Positions 58,685 through 64,000 of a DNA stretch of 64,000 nucleotides are shown here, piece by piece. The stretch is from the human T2T-CHM13v2.0 reference genome, Homo sapiens. The stretch lies in the NCBI RefSeq assembly GCF_009914755.1, contig NC_060933.1, one strand, 5' to 3'. The first letter of the stretch is position 1; the number at the start of each line of letters is the position of its first letter. The translations under genes and the position numbers were made by a program. The notes below the pieces were generated by a model that saw nothing but the letters and a program-made list of their open reading frames with translations, was not told the origin of the DNA and searched no databases.

Positions 58685-60154
58685 TCAGTCCTGTTGTTGA
58701 ATTGTCTGGTTGGGGACTTCTGACCCAGAGAACCTTTGTCCTCTGGGGCAGTGCACCTTCCAGTGATTGCCTCAGCATAGCAGACATGGACGAGGGGGCA
58801 GCTTGTTTCTTGTTGGACAATCTTTTTTAAAATGTCCTTGTAAACCACACTGATAAAAAACCCTACCAGGTGACCTACCAGGTGATTGGCCTGCTCCATT
58901 TTCTGTCCTCTCTGAACCACCAAAGTTTGTCTGAGGGCCATGATTAAGGGTGCAGCCTTTCTCTGATCTCGCTTTTCCTTTTGGGCCTGCTCCTCTTGGT
59001 CCCTGTTATAGAACACCAAGATTGCTAGGTTTAATAATGCCTCCAGATTGTGTTCAGGGCCCAGGGCTTGCTTTTGGAACTTTCTCCTGATATCTGCAGC
59101 TGATTGGGTTATAAACGTATCTTTGAAATCAATTGACCCTTGAGTGATTTGGGTGAAAGGAGAGTGTATTTTCTTAAGGCCTCCTGTAGCTACTCAAGGA
59201 AGGCAGAAGGATTTTCTTCCTTTCCCTGAGTTATGGTGGACATCATTGAATAATTCATGGGCTTTTTCCTAATTCTCCTTAGTACTTCTAGAACAGAGGT
59301 CAACAGATATTTACGACTCCAGTCCCCATGATCTGATTTGAGGTCTCAGGGGGGATTCATACTGGGGATGGCTTGCTGACTGGAAGGGAATTTGTCCCTT
59401 TCTTCAGCTGTCATTCTATCATTTACTTGACTAAGATACCAGGTATCTCCAAACTCTCAGGCTGCAGCTAAAGCCACATTCTTTTCATTAAAGGCCAGGG
59501 TTTGATCTACCAATAGCATGACATCTCTCCAAGTGAGATAGAAGGTTTCCCCTAGACTCTGTTGGACATCTGTGTGCCTATCTGGATCATCTGAAAACTT
59601 CCCCAGGTCTGCCTTGATCTTCTTTAAATCAGAGAAGGGAAAAGGGACATGTACCTGGGTTGGGCCAAATTCCCCTCCCCCTAAAGCTTGAAGGGGACAT
59701 AACTAATAGCCTTGGGGTTTTTGTGGTCCTTTGAAGATGTCTTTGATTATTTCCTTCTGGGCAGGGGAGATTAGAGGAGGCTTATCATTAATAGGAAGGG
59801 GAGCTATAGGGAGGATAGGATACAGGGGTAAGCTGAGAGGTCCTCCTGGGGGATGTAAATTGCAATCTTTGCCTCATTGTGTATTCTCCTTCAATGAAAA
59901 GAAAGCTTGGACATAAGGTATTTCTCTCCATTTGCCTTCCCTCTTACAGAAAAGGTCAAGCTGCAGGATAGTATTATAATTTATACTTCCCTCAGGTGGC
60001 CATTTTTCCCCATCAGGGAGAGAATATTGGGGCCAAGCCATAGTGCAGAAAAAAATGAGCTGCCTCTTTTTCAGGTTTTTTGGGTCAAATTGGTCTCAAT
60101 GCCTTAGGATGCATTTCTCAAGGGTGAGCCTGTTGATGCCTGAGTGTTTCCCAT
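58685..60154 (-). pseudogene. gag: HERV9 gag, disrupted
   Basis: ATG GGA AAC ACT CAG (MGNTQ myristoylation-type start) at 60154, QGKEENPSAFLE major-homology-like region, VFYNRDQEE, and TGA at 58685-58687 before the protease. Confidence 0.85.
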
Positions 60155-61390
60155 CTGAAAGACAAAACCACCCACGGTTTTTGTTTGTTTGTTTCTACCC
60201 CTGCCCAAGAACCTGCAACAGTCCCTGGACCCTGCTGATCAGAATAGTTGTGCTCATTGACGCGGTAGCAGAAACACCCCCTGCCCAAGAACCCACAGTG
60301 TCCCTGGACCCTGCTGATTGGAATAGTTGTGCTCACCAACGTAGCAGCAGAAATGCTAATTTTCCTCCTAGACCACAAGGAGGACCAAGGAAGGTCAGAT
60401 TTAGTGGCCCTTACCGACACATTCTAGAAAACCTGCACCCTTGCCTGTCCTCCTAGACCACAAAGAGGACCGAGAAAAATCGGATTTATTTGGCCCTTAC
60501 CGATGCATTCTTGAAAACCTGTTAGAGTCCTAAGTGTTCTTCTGTTAATACTGGGACGTTACCCCCATCCTATAAAGATGTTATTCCCCAAAAATGAAGT
60601 AGAGGGCCATACCCTGAGGGAGGGAAGGGATCTCCAGAGTTGGAAGAATGATGTCTTTTGTCCTCACTTATGTGAATAGGAAGGCTACAATTTCTGAGGC
60701 TCCCCATATCCTAGCTTCAGGAATAGCTTTTGTTAGGCCTGCTTGTCTGAGGAGGGATCCTAAAATTCCAGATAGTACCCCCCTACAACGGGGCTTTGGG
60801 CAAAAATTATGTCTTTCTGATTGGTGAGACCGGGTGCCTACAGAAGGTAACAGAGTCCTAGAGTTTATACTAGAAATCATTCTTACAGGAGAAACTAGAA
60901 AAGCACCAGAGACAAGGAGTGGTTTTTAGAAGCGGGACTAGCCTTGGAGAAGAGAGGTGAGAGGAAGTTTGTATGACAGGCATTCGAACCCAGGAGGCAA
61001 AGGTCAGGATGGATAGGATAGATGGGCGAGTCTTGCTTGGGTAACATGACGTTGAGAGTTCTGCTCATGGCCACAGGGTCAACCAACTTGTTGTCGGGAC
61101 CCCGTATCTGAATGGCTTTCCTCTCTGTCGATCCTAAGCTCGGCCTGGATTTACAGGAAAAGCAGAAGCTGGTTCCAGGCAAACCAACGCTCCCAACTCC
61201 AAAGAGTTGGGGGTTGTTAGCCCTTTCCCAGAAAGCCTGACACCCGAGTCTTTAGTCCAGTGGCTGTGCTAGTTGCTTTTAACTGGCCAACAGGTGCCCG
61301 GTATTTGGCCCCTGAATTCTAAGGAAAAATAGGACAGAATAGCAAGCGAAAGGGGTCCAATGGTACTCAACACTTGGTGATAATCAAGTA

Positions 61391-61408
61391 TCCCATCTGG
61401 GGCACCGA
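61391..61408 (-). other. Primer binding site, tRNA-Arg type
   Basis: Plus strand TCCCATCTGGGGCACCG next to the 5' LTR resembles the 3' end of human tRNA-Arg (…TCCCATCTGGG…CCA, recalled) with mismatches; ERV9 is known to use tRNA-Arg. Confidence 0.75.
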
Positions 61409-61410
61409 AA

Positions 61411-62423
61411 TGTGTCTGGAATTGGTTCCTTCCGGTGGGTTCTTGGTCTTGCTGACTTCAAGAATGAAGCCGCGGACCCTCATGGTGAGTGTTACAGTTC
61501 TTAAAGATGGGTGTTCAGAATTTGTTCCTTCAGATGTTTGTAGTCTCACTGACTTCAGGAGTGAAGCTGCAGACCTTCACAGTGAGTGTTACAGCTCTTA
61601 AAGGTGGCATGTCCAGAGTTGTTCATTCTTCCTGGTGGGTTCGTGGTCTTGCTGACTTCAGGAGTGAAGCTGCAAGCCTTTGCAGTGAGTGTTATAGCTC
61701 TTAAAGGTGGCACATCCAGGGTTGTTTGTTCCTCCTCGTGGGTTCGTGGTCTCGCTAACTTCAGGAGTGAAGCTGCAGACCTTCGCAGTGAGTGTTACAG
61801 CTCATAAAGGTAGTGTGGACCCAAAGAGTGAGCAGCAGCAAGATTTATTGCAAAAGAACAAAGCTTCCACAGCATGGAAGGGGACCCCAGAGGGTTGCCA
61901 CTGCTGGCTCGGGTGACCTGCTTTTATTCCCTTGTTTGGCCCCACTCACATCCTGCTGATTGGTCCATTTTATAGAAAGCTGATTGGTCCATTTTACAGA
62001 GTGCTCACTGGTCCGTTTTATGGAGTGCTGATTGGTCTGTTTTTACAGAGTGCTGATTTGTGCGTTTACAAACCTTTAGCTAGACACAGAGTGCTGATTG
62101 GTGCATTTACAATCCTTTAGCTAGATAGAATAGTTCTCCAAGTCCCCTACCCAATTAGCTAGACACAGAGCACTGATTGGTGCATTTACAAACCTTTAGC
62201 TAGACACAGAGCACTGACTGGTGAATTTACAATCCTTTAGCTAGACAGAAAACTTCTCCAAGTCCACTACCCAATTAGCTAGACACAGAGCACTGATTGG
62301 TGCATTTGCAAACCTTTAGCTAGACAGAGAGCACTGACTGGTGCATTTACAATCCTTTAGCTAGCCAGAAAAGTTCTCCAAGTCCCCTACCCAACCCAGA
62401 AGCCCAGCCAGCTTCACCTCTTA
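61411..62423 (-). promoter_or_regulatory. 5' LTR (LTR12-type, 1013 bp)
   Basis: Homologous to the 3' LTR with extra U3 and U5 repeat units; many CCAAT (NF-Y-type) motifs. Confidence 0.92.
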
Positions 62424-62969
62424 GTAGCACACTAAATAAACATGAGCCACATGAGTCTCCCAATATTCATGAGGATTTAAATAGGTCACTTATTGATGAT
62501 GCCTCCTCTAGCCTCAATGTTCTTACCCAGTAACACAAGTTAAATTTGTAGCTGCTCATCACCTTAACTGGTGAACCATGACTGTGGTCAGTTGTACTTT
62601 CCCCAAAGTCTCTCTAGCATAACTGTGTATGTAGCTGGCTCTAGACACCTTCCATCTGCTGAGTCCTGTTTTTCAAATCTCAAACAAACCATCAGCTGAA
62701 AACTCTGATAAGGCAGAGAGATTGAGCTATAGGACATATAAATACAGTATAAGCTGAGATTCAGGTATTCTAAGTGTATTAATATACTCACCTCTTTCTT
62801 TTTGTGTCTTTATTTTACACTTATTCCTTAAGCCATGTGTTTTTAGTACAACCTTAATTTAGTCTGTGGACATTTCTGTTTTTCTGACCTGGAAGGTGGC
62901 TTTGCTGGTAGGGTATCTGGAGGCTATCATTACATCGAGGTAATTTCCTGCATGACATGTACCAGGCAA

Positions 62970-63830
62970 TTAAATGGGAAAGAGAAAAGCCTTCTCAACA
63001 AATGATCCTGGAACAACTAGATAAACAAGTGGAATAAATAAACTTTACTGCCTAAGTCTACACTGTTCCCTAAAATGAATTTCAGATAGCTCATAGATGG
63101 AAATGTAAAAGATAAGCATATAAAGCTTCTAGAATGTAATGTGGGAAAATATCTTTGTGAACTTGTGGAAGGGAAAGCTTCTTAAAAAGGATAAAAATTT
63201 ACTAATCACAAAATAAAATAAGTTGAAATAATAAAAATTAAGTTTTGTTCATCAAAAGACACTCTTAAAAAATGAAAAGACAAGTTACAGATGGAAAGAA
63301 AAAGTTCAGGAAATATATCTGATAAAGGTATTACAGTAAGAATTTACAAAAATGTATACCAACCAAAAAACACATAACCCAACATAAAAATGGGCAGAAG
63401 ACTTGAACAGGCATTTCATAAAATAAGATATATAAATGAATGGACAATAACATCAAATATTGTTAGTCATTAGGGAAATGCAAATTAAAATTGCAATGAG
63501 TTTTTTTTTTCTTTCTTTTAGAGATGGGGTCTCACTCTATTGCCTAGGCTAAAGTGCAGTGGTGTAATCTCAGCTCACTGCAACCTCTGCCTCTCAGGTT
63601 CAAGCAATTCTTGTGCCTCAGGCTTCTGAGAAGCTGAGACTACAGACATGCACTACCATGCCTGGCTATTTTTTCTATTTTTAGTAGAGATGGGGTTTTG
63701 CCATGTTGGTCAGGCTGGTCTTGAACTCCTGACCTCAAGCAATCCACCCACCTCAGCCTCCCAAAGTGTTGGGATTAACAGGTGTGAGCCACTGTGTCTG
63801 GCACAATGAGATGTTAATATATTTCAAACT
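62970..63830 (+). mobile_element. Old L1M ORF2 3' fragment containing an antisense AluS (63501-63802)
   Basis: AAATGGGCAGAAGACTTGAACAGGCATTTC and TTAGGGAAATGCAAATTAAAA; the Alu is flanked by CAATGAG repeats. Confidence 0.85.
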
Positions 63831-64000
63831 CATAGAAAGGCAAAAATTAAATTTAATTTCAAAGTTTAATTTAATAAAATTAAAATAAATATAAAAGAGG
63901 CTACTTTTATGTGCTACTTGGATACAGACCTGACAAAGAAGAAACTGCATAAAAAATGTCAGGCAGATCAGGCAGGAAAATACTATGGGTGATTTCTAGG

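Larger units (their letters stand above)
52260..62423 (-). mobile_element. HERV9/ERV9 provirus: LTR12-type LTRs, PBS, gag-pro-pol-env and PPT
   Basis: Paired LTRs (61411-62423 and 52260-52988), flanks GTAA/GTAG, and recognisable gammaretroviral domains throughout. Confidence 0.96.

Noticed and set aside
60195-60520. Tandem repeats upstream of gag
   Set aside because: They lie in the proviral leader and appear to be a normal HERV9 feature.

Overview
Primate (human/ape-like) AT-rich genomic DNA made almost entirely of transposable-element remnants. I found no host protein-coding exon, RNA gene, CRISPR array or prokaryote-type system, and nearly all listed ORFs are fragments of L1, Alu, THE1 or ERV sequence or antisense noise. 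The main elements are: the 5' half of an L1PA7/8-like LINE-1 (1-3028, minus); two L1PB copies; old L1M fragments; a THE1 MaLR element with internal region; two young L1PA4/5-like copies (29847-31572 minus; 44400-46533 with a twin-priming inversion); a solo LTR12C; a structurally complete but coding-dead HERV9/ERV9 provirus (52260-62423, minus); and many Alu, MIR, MLT, MST and MER elements. Subfamily names come from recalled consensus sequences, not from a search. The most unusual observation is that the two inverted young L1s, ~13.5 kb apart, share a run of apparently non-consensus substitutions while each keeps its own TSD pair, which suggests gene conversion or a shared source element. The HERV9 LTRs also differ in length by 284 bp through tandem-repeat copy number. 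I see no convincing evidence of a new biological system.
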